The position numbers and the translations under genes were made by a program. Below, piece by piece: positions 1-11,990 of a stretch of DNA of 50,682 bases; position 1 is the stretch's first letter; every line of letters starts with the position of its first letter. The stretch is from Octopus bimaculoides. Its lineage: Eukaryota. The stretch is from positions 56,756,778 through 56,807,459 of the forward strand of contig NC_068983.1 of the NCBI RefSeq assembly GCF_001194135.2. The letters run 5' to 3'. Below the pieces are notes generated by a model, which was not told the DNA's origin, did no database searches, and saw nothing but the letters and a program-made list of their open reading frames with translations.

Positions 1-12
1 CACACACACACA

Positions 13-668
13 CAGAGGGTGTGATGGGTAAACTATCGTCATTTTACATATTTAGATTAGCGCATGCGCATTGTATGACGCAATTCAGTCTGTCACAAAT
101 TTAGAACCGACATGTTGTAGTGCTTGGCAATCGCGCCGAATGCTTCAATACAAACATTTCAGAGTGTCTGGGTGTCAGTCTAGTTACAATGTAATCTGAG
201 GACATGCACCGAGAGTGATAAAAATCAAGCATCCAGTCAACATCATAGTATTTGGAGTGATCTCTAGTGATGGCTAGTTGTCTCTCCATGCATATTCCCA
301 CACAGCCTCACACTCAACACAGAGGCCTACACCCCCTGCCTGGAGGAGGTAGTACTGCCCTGGGTCAAAAGGGTGGCTGCTGGAAGACCCTACGTCTGGC
401 GAGAGGAATCTGCACCATGTGACACAAGTAAGAGAACCTTATCATGGCTGTCAGACAATTCCCGCGACCATATCATCCCTTAAATATGGCCACCTAACTC
501 TCCAGACTGCAATCCCTTTAATCATTATGTGTGGGGCACAGCTGAGTGTCAGACCAACAAAACTTCTTGTAACATGAAAGATGAACTGAAGTGAAGGCAA
601 GGATTATGGTGGCATTCACCAACTTAAACAAGGAGACCATCCAGAAGAGTTGCAGAAATTTCCAGCTT
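13..668 (+). mobile_element. Internally deleted, decayed Tc1/mariner DNA transposon, DD37D (maT-like) catalytic domain remnant
   Basis: Starts with a mariner-like terminus CAGAGGGTGTGATGGGTAAA. From ~230, manual translation gives HPVNIIVFGVISSDG..(fs)..FPHSLTLNTEAYTPCLEEVVLPWVKRVAAGRPYVWREESAPCDTSKRTLSWLSDNSRDHIIP*IWPPNSPDCNPFNHYVWGTAECQTNKTSCNMKDELK..ARIMVAFTNLNKETIQKSCRNF. There are 37 residues between the (Q)D-equivalent and the SPDxNPx(D)-equivalent. Stops and frameshifts are present and no right TIR was found. Confidence 0.9.
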
Positions 669-1435
669 GCAAAAACAACAAAGGCGAAAGCCCTCAGTGA
701 AAATCTCACGAGACCAGTGCCTTGTATTCGAAGAGGTTTGACCGACTTTTTGCACCGATTGCACGTCCACACTTGTGTGGTTTTCTCAATAAACACTTCA
801 CATATCCTTAAAATTCCCACTTTATCAACAACCAGTTCCCAGCAACGAGTCATATAAATATCGTTAGCATGTCCCTCTTGGTCTTCATTTTTGATATATT
901 ATTTATATTTCATGCTCTTTTGGTGGGTGGGCGGACGCTTGGCATATTCATTTATTGCTGGTTGCGCACATATCTACATGGAAACCTACAGACTGCCCCG
1001 CACACATCAACGGAGATTTTAACTCATTCTACTTTGCTCATTCCTCTCCACACTTTACTTTCATGAACGTGAAAACAGCTGGCTCTTTCGCTCGTTCTGT
1101 TGACAGTAATTTTCGCTTTGCACACTATTTCCTGGTGACCACGTAGTATCACGTGTTTATGCCACGCAAGATAACAATGCTAAAGTTATTGAAATACTCC
1201 TCTTCAGAAATATTCTACGCGTACATAGTAATGAGACAAAGTAAACAGATTTGTCCCACGCAACATGGTAACTGACTAAATAAATAACCATCATAGATTC
1301 TAGGAAAACATTATTATTTGTGAAGAAGTAATTTCGTTTTTATTTGCTGCTTGAAACGTATAAGAGAGTTCATACAATTTATATTATTGTATGTCTTCTA
1401 TATTTATTGTTGAACAAAATATTTGTAATTGATTG

Positions 1436-1778
1436 TTATTGTTGGCACTCCGTCGCTTACGACGTCGAGGGTTCCAGTTGATCCGATCAACGGAACAGCC
1501 TGCTCGTGAAATTAACGTGCAAGTGTATCCTTAACGTAGTTCTCGGGGATGTTCAGCGTGACACAATGTGACAAGGCTGACCCTTTGAATTATAGGTACA
1601 GCTGGAACAGGAAATAAGAGAAAGTTGTGGTGAAAGAGTACATCAGGGTTCGCCACCATCCCCTGCCGGAGCCTCGTGGAGCTTTAGGTGTTTTCGCTTA
1701 ATAAACACTCACAACGCCCGGTCTGGGAATAGAAACCGCAAGTCCGCTGCCCTAACCACTGGGCCATTGCGTCTCTAC
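1436..1778 (-). mobile_element. tRNA-derived SINE, family A (near full length)
   Basis: Reverse complement of the same ~380-bp element seen at 26867, 33346 and 36240. Head is TGGAGGCGCAATGGCCCAGTGGTTAGGGCAGCGG with A- and B-box-like motifs. 3' end is ...GGAACCCTCGACGTCGTAAGCGACGGAGTGCCAAC plus a short AAT/AAC tail. Confidence 0.9.
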
Positions 1779-3750
1779 AGATATTTTAAATTAAAGGTTA
1801 GGTTAAAACGCTTGAAAGAAAACTTCTGAAATAATATTTTATTATCAATTTTCTCGTTGCATTTAGATTCTTGTACGTAAAATAACACTTTCACCAAACA
1901 TATGACACTCGAAATAATAAATTAATTCGGACTCGGGTGCATACAATTCAAAATCGCCAATTACTTTATTGTTACGTCATATTATTGCTACTGCTTTTGT
2001 TTCAAGATTTTATCAAAAATAGCCATTGTCTTTTCACTCGATACATCTTACGTTTCTTTTAAAATATAAGTCTGGTTAATGTTTATAGACTAGAAACAAG
2101 AAATTAAATAATCTCCTCTATGTTGCTGTCATTTATATGACTAAACCGAGGAAAGTCATCGTTTAGAGAAAGATTTTGATGTCATAAACTTGAAAGAGCA
2201 GAAAAAATTATAACCAGGCATTAAAATTTGCTCAGTCCTCTTACATACAAATTAGCACCGATATACTTCAATATACACGGAAATAAAACTTCAGTGCCTG
2301 TATCCAATACTTGTAACTGGCAGTAACTTTACTAATTCAGAAATGATGTTTTTTTTCCTTTTTGTTTTATAGTGACTAATTCATTTATTCCGCTGAACTT
2401 CACAAAGGATAATAACATATTCTGTGGCGAGATATGATAGATTTTTATTGTTTCACACCTAACAGCAGTGCAAAGCTGAGAACATTTCGGTGTTAAAAGA
2501 AACATGAATGACAAAAAAGAAAAAGAAAAAGAAAAACAAAGACAAAAAAGCGATACAAAGACATATGGACTTATATTGCTTACGTTGCAAAATATTAAAG
2601 AATTGCCAGGGTGTTGAATAAAAAAAGACGTGATTCTATATTTCGGTTTTCGCCAGGGTTTAACACTTTACACACCGCGTGTATTTCTGAAATGATTCTC
2701 TTGTAGGTTTGGAAATTAATCCTACATATATACATACATATATACATACACACACATACGTACGTAAATATGTTCATACATATATATTGATATTGAAAAT
2801 GCACCTGAATCTCATAACGTGTAGTCGTTTTAAAATATGAAATAGATTTATTTAAATACCAAACCGGCTCCGATAATTCTTTGTTTATCAACGTTAATTT
2901 GTTTTTTAATAAATTAATAAGAAAAGGGTTTTGTAAAGTTTAAAGTTACGACTGAAAATTCGGGTAAAAAATGTTTACCAAATCAAATGTATATAGAAAT
3001 TCCAGTGAGTTTCACAGCGATGGGCAGTAATATAAGATCAAATTTTCGATGAAATTCATAACAGGCGCAGATGAATGCAAGTTTAGTAGTATTGGGTTCC
3101 ATTATAAATTAGATACGATGAAGTTTTTAAAAAAAAAGTCAGAGGGAAAATGGGGAGACAAATGTCATTGTATGTCGTTGTGCATGAACGAAGGTTCAAC
3201 GTCACAGGATTTGTTGATGAGAGTTCTAAATCTTTTGAGCTAAAATTGCTTTGTGTATGTATATATATATATATGTATATATATATATNNNNNNNNNNNN
3301 NNNNNNNNNNNNNNNNNNNNNNNNNNNNNNNNNNNNNNNNNNNNNNNNNNNNNNNNNNNNNNNNNNNNNNNNNNNNNNNNNNNNNNNNNNNNNNNNNNNN
3401 NNNNNNNNNNNNNNNNNNNNNNNNNNNNNNNNNNNNNNNNNNNNNNNNNNNNNNNNNNNNNNNNNNNNNNNNNNNNNNNNNNNNNNNNNNNNNNNNNNNN
3501 NNNNNNNNNNNNNNNNNNNNNNNNNNNNNNNNNNNNNNNNNNNNNNNNNNNNNNNNNNNNNNNNNNNNNNNNNNNNNNNNNNNNNNNNNNNNNNNNNNNN
3601 NNNNNNNNNNNNNNNNNNNNNNNNNNNNNNNNNNNNNNNNNNNNNNNNNNNNNNNNNATATTTTGACAAATTAAATTTGAATGTTGTAGTGAATCTAACG
3701 GTTTTTTTGTGTTTTTTAAATGGCTTATTAACACTTCCCACGCTGCAATT

Positions 3751-3784
<34 letters not shown>

Positions 3785-3789
<5 letters not shown>

Positions 3790-3893
3790 ACGGACCTCTC
3801 TCAGTTTTCATCGAACAAGTCCACTCACAAGGTTTTGGTCAGCCCGTGGGTGTGGTAGAAGACGCTTGCTCAAGGAATCACGCAGTCACTGGG
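3785..3893 (-). mobile_element. SINE family B fragment (CORE-like middle)
   Basis: Reverse complement reads CCTTGAGCAAGCGTCTTCTACC...GGGCTGACCAAAACCTTGTGAGTGGACTTG, matching the copy at 4691. It abuts a (TA)n tract. Confidence 0.75.
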
Positions 3894-4142
3894 CATCTTA
3901 AAATGGAGTACCGACGATTCAGCGCATGTAATATATGTAAATTATTATTGCATTATATTGGTGTTGGTTGTATATCTAAACCACATGCACATGCAACCTA
4001 GAAACTCACCAGTCATGGAATAGATTAACTGTACAGAAACCAATAACATACATATACATGAAACAAACAAGCAAAAAAAAAACATAAACAAATATACACA
4101 CGACCATACGAAATAACCTTTACCTAAGTTCAATAAGATGCC

Positions 4143-4284
4143 CTGCGCTGAATTATCTATGCTCTGAATTATGTAAGCGTTGAATTGACTATGCGCTAAA
4201 TTGTCGGCGTTGAATTGGCGGCATTAAATTGTCGGCGTTGAATTCTCGGTGCTGAACTGTGAGGCACTGAATTTCCGCGTCACG
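4143..4284 (+). repeat. Tandem array of ~9 copies of a 14-16-bp GCGYTGAATT(N)4-6 unit; probable subterminal array of a non-autonomous DNA element
   Basis: Units read gcgctgaattatctat / gctctgaattatgtaa / gcgttgaattgactat / gcgctaaattgtcg / gcgttgaattggcg / gcattaaattgtcg / gcgttgaattctcg / gtgctgaactgtgag / gcactgaatttccg. One inverted unit (cgattcagcgc) lies at ~3915. Confidence 0.8.
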
Positions 4285-4690
4285 CTTAAAATAATGTTAT
4301 TTTATCTCGTGAGATTATCTAGAGATTGTAGAAAGATATTCATAATGAATTCTTGCGTATGTGTAAATTGCGGCATCGTTACCGTATTTCGAAGTATTCA
4401 TTTATTCCGAACTGAGTATTGGCTAAGCAGAGCCCGTTGAAACCTTTTCACATCACTGAATTATATGCTGCATAATCGAAGATTAACGGTACTCTGCGTC
4501 CTTAAGTTGTAGTTTAGACAATTAACTGATTGCTGAGGGCGGCGAGCTGGCAGAATCGTTACCGCGCTGGACAAAATTCTGCCAAGGTCGACTTCGGCAT
4601 TCATCCTATTTTAAGACGTTATTAATGATTTGTAGACACACTGTGTTTCGTTACTTAACCATATTATGCTATAATATATATTAAACGCTA

Positions 4691-5111
4691 CAGGAGTAGC
4701 TGTGTGGTAAGTAGCTTGATTACCAACCACATGGTTTCAGGTTCATTCCCACTGCGTGGCACCTTGGGCAAGTGTCTTCTACTATCGCCTCGGGCCGACC
4801 AAAGCGTTGTAAGTGGATTTGGTAGACAGAAACTGAAAGTAGCCTATCGTGTATATNNNNNNNNNNNNNNNNNNNNNNNNNNNNNNNNNNNNNTGTGTGT
4901 GTATGTTTGAGTTTCTGTGTTTGTCCCCCCAACATCGCTTGACAACCGATGCTGGTGTCTTTACGTCCCTGTAACGTAGCAATCCGATAGAATAAGTACT
5001 AGGCTTCTAAAGAATGAGTTCTGGAGTCGATTTGCTCGACTCTAGGCGGTGCTCCAGCATGGCTCCAGTCAAATGACTGAAACAAGTAAAAGTGCAAAAG
5101 AGTAAAAGAGT
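4691..5111 (+). mobile_element. tRNA-derived SINE, family B (CORE-like), full length with central microsatellite and N-gap
   Basis: Head CAGGAGTAGCTGTGTGGTAAG..GGTTCATTCCCACTGCGTGG, then CACCTTGGGCAAGTGTCTTCTAC, which resembles the CORE-SINE motif CCTTGGGCAAGT. A (TA)/(TG) centre with a gap at 4857-4893 follows, then a 3' part ending CAGTCAAATGACTGAAACAAGTAAAAG and a (AAAAGAGT)n tail. Confidence 0.9.
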
Positions 5112-5886
5112 AAGTCAGTGCCGCGTACCACTGTGTTAGCAGTGCATGTAAATCCCGTATTAAGGTCATTTCTATAGATTTGTTTTTCAGAAAATCTATA
5201 GGGATGACCTTAACATGTATTTTAAGAACCGGTTGATTACTGGGGCCGGCGTAATAGACTTACATCATGCCCGAAATTGCTGGCTTTGTACCAAAACTGG
5301 AAAGGAATATTAACTACTTCATATACGGTCAGATTAAACTTTAACTGTTCCTTAATGAAAGATGTCATTAAATATTTAAATAACTGCATTAAGATACAAA
5401 GCACTTTGTTAACATATTTAATTAAGAAAAACAACCTCTTGATTATTCGGTCACTTATTTACATATCAAATTGGGTAATTTAAACTTCAAATTAATTTAA
5501 CTATTTCAAATAAACTATATTTGCCGTGTGCATAATTTGGCGTTGGCATTAATCATCGCTCATTGATTAGTTCATACGGACACCTTGTCACTCTGTCTAG
5601 CTACTTCACTTCTCTGTTATATTTCTTCTGCATCATATGTTTGTGTTTTATCTGAAAATTTCACTTACGTAAAACATTGAAGTCAAGTAATTGGTCGAGA
5701 AATTCTCACCGAATGATTTTCTTTGCGTCTTTCGTAATTTAATTTTGTTCGTTCCTCAGCCAACCACTCCAGCCAACTTCTTTCTCGGTATGAAACATTG
5801 ATTCGGAGGATTCCCAATTTGGCTGTGGAAGCATTTTAAATGTTTTATCCAAAAGACTTCGATTCCATCCGATTCTGGGCCTTTGC

Positions 5887-5891
5887 TACTG

Positions 5892-5950
<59 letters not shown>

Positions 5951-5976
5951 GCCACTGATATTGTTGCTGCTGTTGT

Positions 5977-6047
<71 letters not shown>

Positions 6048-6091
6048 TCAATACTACTAATTCTATTCCTACTGTGCTGCTGCTGCTGCTG

Positions 6092-6152
<61 letters not shown>

Positions 6153-6162
6153 GACTACTACT
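5887..6162. repeat. Compound (CTA)n/(CTG)n trinucleotide microsatellite
   Basis: Directly visible. It produces the poly-T, poly-L, poly-Y and poly-V ORFs in the track. Confidence 0.97.
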
Positions 6163-6377
6163 ATACACGTCCAGACCAGATAAATCGGGACACTGAACTC
6201 CATTTTTCATTGGGGCCCAATATAAGCGGAGCAGACATGTTTACTCTGTAACATAAAGAAGACAACTGGAGCGATCAAGGCCAAACCTCGTTACTTAACT
6301 ACAAAAGTACCGCCTTTTGGTACGCATGCGCTGACGGCAGGGCAGCCAACCAATACAAAGGGTGAATAATGTTTTCC

Positions 6378-6730
6378 TTGCGCTGTCAGAATCTTTAGCA
6401 CGCCGGATAAAATTCTTAGCGCCATTTCGTCCGTCTTTATGCTCTAAGTTCAAATTCCACATAGACTGTTTTTGCCTTTCATCCTTTCGGGGTTGATAAA
6501 TTAAGTAGTAGTGAAACATTGGGTTCGGTGTAAGCGCCTTAACCCCTCCCAGTCAGTCTTTACGCTTTGAGTTGAAATTCCACCGAGGTCGACTTTGCTT
6601 TTCATTATTTCGGGGTCGATAAAATAAGTACCAGTTGAGCACAGGGGTTCGATATAATCGATTCAACTCCCCCACCCCTCATCCGGACTCCGAACTTGCT
6701 GGCGCTGAGCTAAAATTTGAAATCATTATT
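6378..6730 (+). mobile_element. Two tandem copies of tRNA-derived SINE family C (second 5'-truncated)
   Basis: Both carry TTCAAATTCCACC..GGTCGACTTTGCCTTTCATCCTTTCGGGGTCGATAAA.TAAGTACCAG, which is shared with more than 15 copies in the window. Confidence 0.85.
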
Positions 6731-6764
6731 GTGATTATCATGGTGGTGTCTGCGTGTGTGTGAG

Positions 6765-6798
6765 GGGTGATGATGATGATGGTGATGATGATGGTGAC

Positions 6799-6847
<49 letters not shown>

Positions 6848-6900
6848 ACGATAATTATTGTGATGATGATGATCATCATCATCATGGTGATGATGGTGCA
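6765..6900. repeat. (GAT)n microsatellite
   Basis: Directly visible. Confidence 0.95.
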
Positions 6901-7585
6901 AAATAAGAAGAAATGATATAGACATAAAAAAAAACATTGATGCTGTCTTTGCATCAAGCTTCAACATGTATTATATCGAATGCATGAAATTAAGACTAAT
7001 TCTTAGAACGCACTTGGCACCGTAACAGAAAATTGATTTTCCATGCGTGGGCGGCACCAAAACTTATCTTCTACGATCGAAATCCTAATGTATCTGACGT
7101 TGTGTTTAGAATTTATCTCGGATTCACATACCGCAGAGGAACGAAAATAATTATTGATGTACTGTATTGGCGCATGTTTAAGCCTCGCTGTTAAACTGAT
7201 GCTTTAGCTGTGTGCTGTTACAATGCGAAAAGTGGAGAAATATTTTTGTCATTACAATCGTATATCTGTGTGTGTATATATGTATAAATACACACACACA
7301 TACACATGCACACGCACACATATATATACATACACACATACATTTATTTATATTCATTATATATAGATGTATATCGTTATGTATGTATGGCTATCTAAAT
7401 ATATATATATGTGTGTTTGTGCAAATATATATCCACACATATATATACGTGTATATGATATATACGTATGTACATATGCATTCGCGCGTGCGTGACTGTG
7501 TATGTGTGTGTATGTATATATATACACACACACATATGTATGTATATATACGTATAGATATACATACATACATATATACATACAT

Positions 7586-7587
<2 letters not shown>

Positions 7588-7650
<63 letters not shown>

Positions 7651-7690
7651 CAGACAGACATACAGACAGACAGACACAGAAAAATAGATA
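7588..7690. repeat. (GATA)n/(GACA)n microsatellite
   Basis: Directly visible. Confidence 0.95.
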
Positions 7691-8375
7691 GATGGATAAA
7701 CGTACACATACTTGTGTGAGTATATATATGTTTGTGGCTGTGAAGAGTGAAGTAGTGGAGAGTTTCTAGAATTTGATTTTCATCACCCTGCATATTTTAT
7801 CATTCCGTCTTGCCTGCTTTCGCTATGTAAATATTTTCTTAATTCTTCAGACTAAGACACTTAATGGATCTAGACAAATCCTACACTGTTTGTTTACCAG
7901 TTTTTAAAATCAGCTATTTCCCGTTAATCTTGCACTAGCAGAGAATATTGAAATCATATAAACTCTGGCGACTTTATTTGAAGAAGGGAAAAAGGAAATT
8001 CTAAAAAAAAAAAAAGAACTTTTCTAATGTTTGCAGAAGAGATTCAGAAATGTCACCTGAAATTAACTCTGGAATCGATGGTTCTTACGTTATGCAGGAA
8101 ATATAAAAATATAAGAATTAAAACAAGGGAGCAAACCCTGCTTGTCCATTTATATAAATATAAATATACATACATACCTGCACACACACACGTACACACA
8201 CACACACACAGATATGTACGTAGGTAGGTATGTAAATTTATTTGTACATACGTAAGAAGGTATGTATATATATATATGTATGTTTGTATGCATGTATACA
8301 TGCATGTATGAATGTATGTATATATGTATCTACGTACGTACGAACGTATTTATGTACGTACGTACGTACGTATGG

Positions 8376-8640
8376 TGGAGGCGCAATGGCCCACTGGTTA
8401 GGGCAGCGGTTTCGATTCTCAGACCGGGCGTTGTGAGTGTTTATTGAGTTAAAACACCTAAAGTTCCACAAAGCTCCGGCAGGGAGTGGTGGCGAACCCT
8501 GCTGTACTCTTTCACCATAACTTTCTCTCACTCTTTCTTCCTGTTTCTGTTGTGCCTGTATTTCAAAGGACCAGCCTTGTCACACACTGTGTCACGCTGA
8601 ATATCCCCGAGAACTACGTTAAGGGTACACGTGCCTGTGG
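8376..8640 (+). mobile_element. SINE family A, 5' two-thirds, fused to a LINE RT fragment
   Basis: Matches family A from TGGAGGCGCAATGGCCC to AAGGGTACACGTGCCTGTGGA, then diverges abruptly. Confidence 0.88.
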
Positions 8641-9075
8641 AAGAAGTTTTGGGACAGTAGAAATCAGGAAGGGCATCTTCCAAGGGCACTGCCTGTCCCC
8701 ACTGATCTTTATACTGTGCTTCATACCACCAACACTGATTCTGAGGAAAGCAAAATCTGGGTACGTATTCAAAAGTCGCCAACAAAAAGTCAACCATTTG
8801 TTATTGATGGATGACCTCAAACTTTATGGCAAAGATGAAGCCCAAGTCAGTTCCCTCGTTGATACGGTATATACTATGAATGCTGATATGAGAATGGAGT
8901 TAGGACTGAGAAAGTGCGGTGTGTTAGACTTGAAGAGAAGCAAAATCAAATGTATGATCGGGCTAACGATACCATCGGGGGAGGTTATGAAGCACATAGA
9001 AGAGACGGCCTATAAGTACTTGGGGATTTTTGAAATGGATAACTGATGGAGAAAGAAATGCCAGAAAAATTTAAG
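8634..9075 (+). mobile_element. Non-LTR retrotransposon reverse-transcriptase fragment, R4/Dong-like (REL clade)
   Basis: ORF 8486-9046 encodes ACGRSFGTVEIRKGIFQGHCLSPLIFILCFIP...KVNHLLLMDDLKLYGKDEAQVSSLVDTV...MELGLRKCGVL...YKYLGIFE. This contains the RT motifs GIFQGDxLSP, [YL]MDD and YKYLG, with the NHLLxMDDLKLY signature typical of R4/Dong-type RTs. Confidence 0.9.
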
Positions 9076-9094
9076 GTGGAGTAGTTGTGTGTGT

Positions 9095-9311
9095 ATAAAT
9101 TAAGTACCAGCTGCGTAGTTGAGTCGATCTAATCGACTGCCCCTCCTCTCCCACCAAATTTCGGGACTTGTGCCTAGATTAGAAAAGAATATTCCGAAAG
9201 GATGAAACGCAAAGTAACTCTGGTGGAATTTGAACTCAGAACATAACGTCGGATAAAATGTCGCTAAGCATTTTGTCCGGCGTAGAAAGTATTCTGTTAA
9301 GTTGCTACCTT
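9095..9311. mobile_element. SINE family C with its 3' half (+, 9095-9193) and 5' half (-, 9194-9311) in opposite orientation
   Basis: ATAAATTAAGTACCAG...TGTGCCTAGATTAGAAAAGAAT on the + strand is followed by CCGAAAGGATGAAA...TTTGAACTCAGAAC...GCTAAGCATTTTGTCCGGCG, the reverse complement of the 5' half. Confidence 0.8.
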
Positions 9312-9633
9312 AAGACTAAAAGCAGTAGCGGGATGCATGAAGAGCAGTAAGGATACTCTCAAGCAGTACGCCATGATGCTCTGCGTGACGGGAACCGGAC
9401 TGGCGCGAAGACATTTAGCTTTATTACACATAACAACTCCAGCTTCCTGTTAAAATATATGTACCAGAGAAAGAATTGGACGTTGAGGAGAAATCGAATA
9501 ATTGATACGTGTCTAGAGTGTGTCTGTGTATGTGTGTGCGTGTACGTGTGTTTCTATTGCACATAAATATCATAAACAAGGAAAACTTACATCAACATAA
9601 ACAACAGCAACAGCATAATCGATACTAACGTCA

Positions 9634-9959
<326 letters not shown>

Positions 9960-9960
<1 letters not shown>

Positions 9961-10263
9961 CTCGAATGTGGTATCTAAAAACAGAAACAATTCCTATCAT
10001 AGTAGGTGCCTTAGGTATAATAAAAAAATATTCAGACAAATACATAACAAAAATACCAGGACTTACAAATATATATAACATACAGAAAATTGCACTACTT
10101 GGTACTGCACACATTCTACGCAAAACACTTTCAATACAGTAAACATAAGAGCACCACAGCAAACCACAGCACATACCCAAGGCGCACAGAGCTGCGCTCG
10201 GTAGTGAAGTGAAAGCACGTTATAAAAATAAAGCTACTGAACAATAATAATAATAATAATAAT
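9960..10263 (+). mobile_element. 5'-truncated 3' end of an R4/Dong-like REL non-LTR retrotransposon with (AAT)n tail
   Basis: 9960-10142 is an uninterrupted frame TRMWYLKTETIPIIVGALGIIKKYSDKYITKIPGLTNIYNIQKIALLGTAHILRKTLSIQ*. This fits the canonical C-terminal R-x-W...IP-xx-VGALG...IQK-xx-LLGTA-x-ILRK pattern of REL-domain LINEs. A ~100-bp 3' UTR and (AAT)n at 10243-10263 follow. Confidence 0.9.
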
Positions 10264-10723
10264 ATTGTTGATGTAAATATATTATGTTCGAGCTAGAACA
10301 TATGGCACAGCCACGGTTGGAATTTTTTTTACCTATAAGGCTATCCAACAACAACAACGCGATGAGGAAGATGACGACAGTGGTAGTTGTGGTGGCGGAG
10401 TTAGCGTTTGTTGAAGCGGTGACAGTGGCGGCGGTAGCAGCGACGGCGGCGAAGACAACAGTAAAGACATTGAGAATTCTGAAGATGATGATCATGATGA
10501 TGACTATGATGATGATGATGAGAGTGGTGGTTACTGCGATGATGTCTCCTTGAAAAGAAGATATATAAATGTGTGAACTAATCCATTATTTACCCATGTT
10601 TTTGTTCACATGTAATATTGGTCGAAGAAAGAAATTAGAAAAGTAAGCTTACACACACATACACACACTCACACTTACACACACAATCACATACTTGCTT
10701 ACATCTCTCTCTCTCTCTCTTTT

Positions 10724-10800
<77 letters not shown>

Positions 10801-11294
10801 CAACTAAAATGTATGCAAAAAAAAACAACTAAAAAAACATTGTAAAATATACACGATGATAATAGGGCGTTAAGTTGCTTGGTAACTAAAGAATTGAAAG
10901 TTTGTCATCTTGAAGGATGTAAACAGCGCTTAAAAGCAAATTGACAAACGACTTATTTTTGTAAGTTCAGGACTAAAAAGATTGGTTGAAGACATTAAGG
11001 TTGCCCAGAAACACCTTTGATGAGAAATAATTCTTAATATGGTAGTGAGTTGTTGACGTCAAAGATGGAGGACGTTACAACCCTAATATACTTAATAGAT
11101 ATACGTGAGCCCAGAGAAATAATGCTTGTGCTGCTTTGGAATATTAAATATCGTTGGAATTTGAGAAGACATTGAAGAGCTTAATTCACGGAGACGACTC
11201 TCGTTGTTAAGAGTAAAGGGAATTTAAAAGAAGGAATTTTGAAATATTTATGCTAAGTTACCATATTGAAGAAACTATCAACGTAGATTATATA

Positions 11295-11941
11295 CGACTG
11301 TGTGGTAAAGACGCCCGATTTGCAGTTTTGCAACCAAGTGGTGAAGGGTTCAGTTCCAAAGCGCATCACCTTGCCTTATGAATACATTTGGTAGACGGAG
11401 GCTGATTGTATGCCTCTCGCGCATATACATTTTCATTCATGTGCGTTAACTACAGCATTAGAGCATTTTAGCTCTTATTTCTAGCAATGTAGGAATTTTC
11501 TAATATCTTAGTCATATCTGGTGACAATTATAAATCTCATTTTTGGTGATACATCGCAACCTACTGTTTATACATTGATTTTATGTATAAACATTAACGA
11601 ATTGCTAAATCATCCATTAATGTGGATGACAAAAACATATATACTAATAGAGAAGCAAGGCACAAAAAAAAAATGAGATCGAGAGGGCTTAACTGATGAG
11701 GCAACGGAAATTGCTGAAACTGACGTCAATATTAAGAATTCTCGATCGGTACTTCTTGGACGATTCAGGTCCCTGTTAGTGTACATATACGTTCTGAATC
11801 ATGTGCGGTAACTATAGCATTAGAGTGATTTAGCTCTTATTTCTAGCAATGTAGGTGTTCCTTAACACCCTAGTCACATTTAGTGACAATAACGATTCTT
11901 CTTTTTGGTGAAACATCGTAAACTGCTGTATATGAATTATA

Positions 11942-11990
<49 letters not shown>

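Noticed and set aside
3040-3243. ORF with ITGADECKF resembling a Tc1/mariner first-aspartate motif
   Set aside because: The similarity is limited to a few residues, with no downstream DDE motifs or TIRs.
5760-5787. Candidate 28-nt micro-exon (TTCCTCAG|..TTTCTCG|GTATGA)
   Set aside because: There is no independent support, it is not frame-preserving, and the peptide is uninformative.
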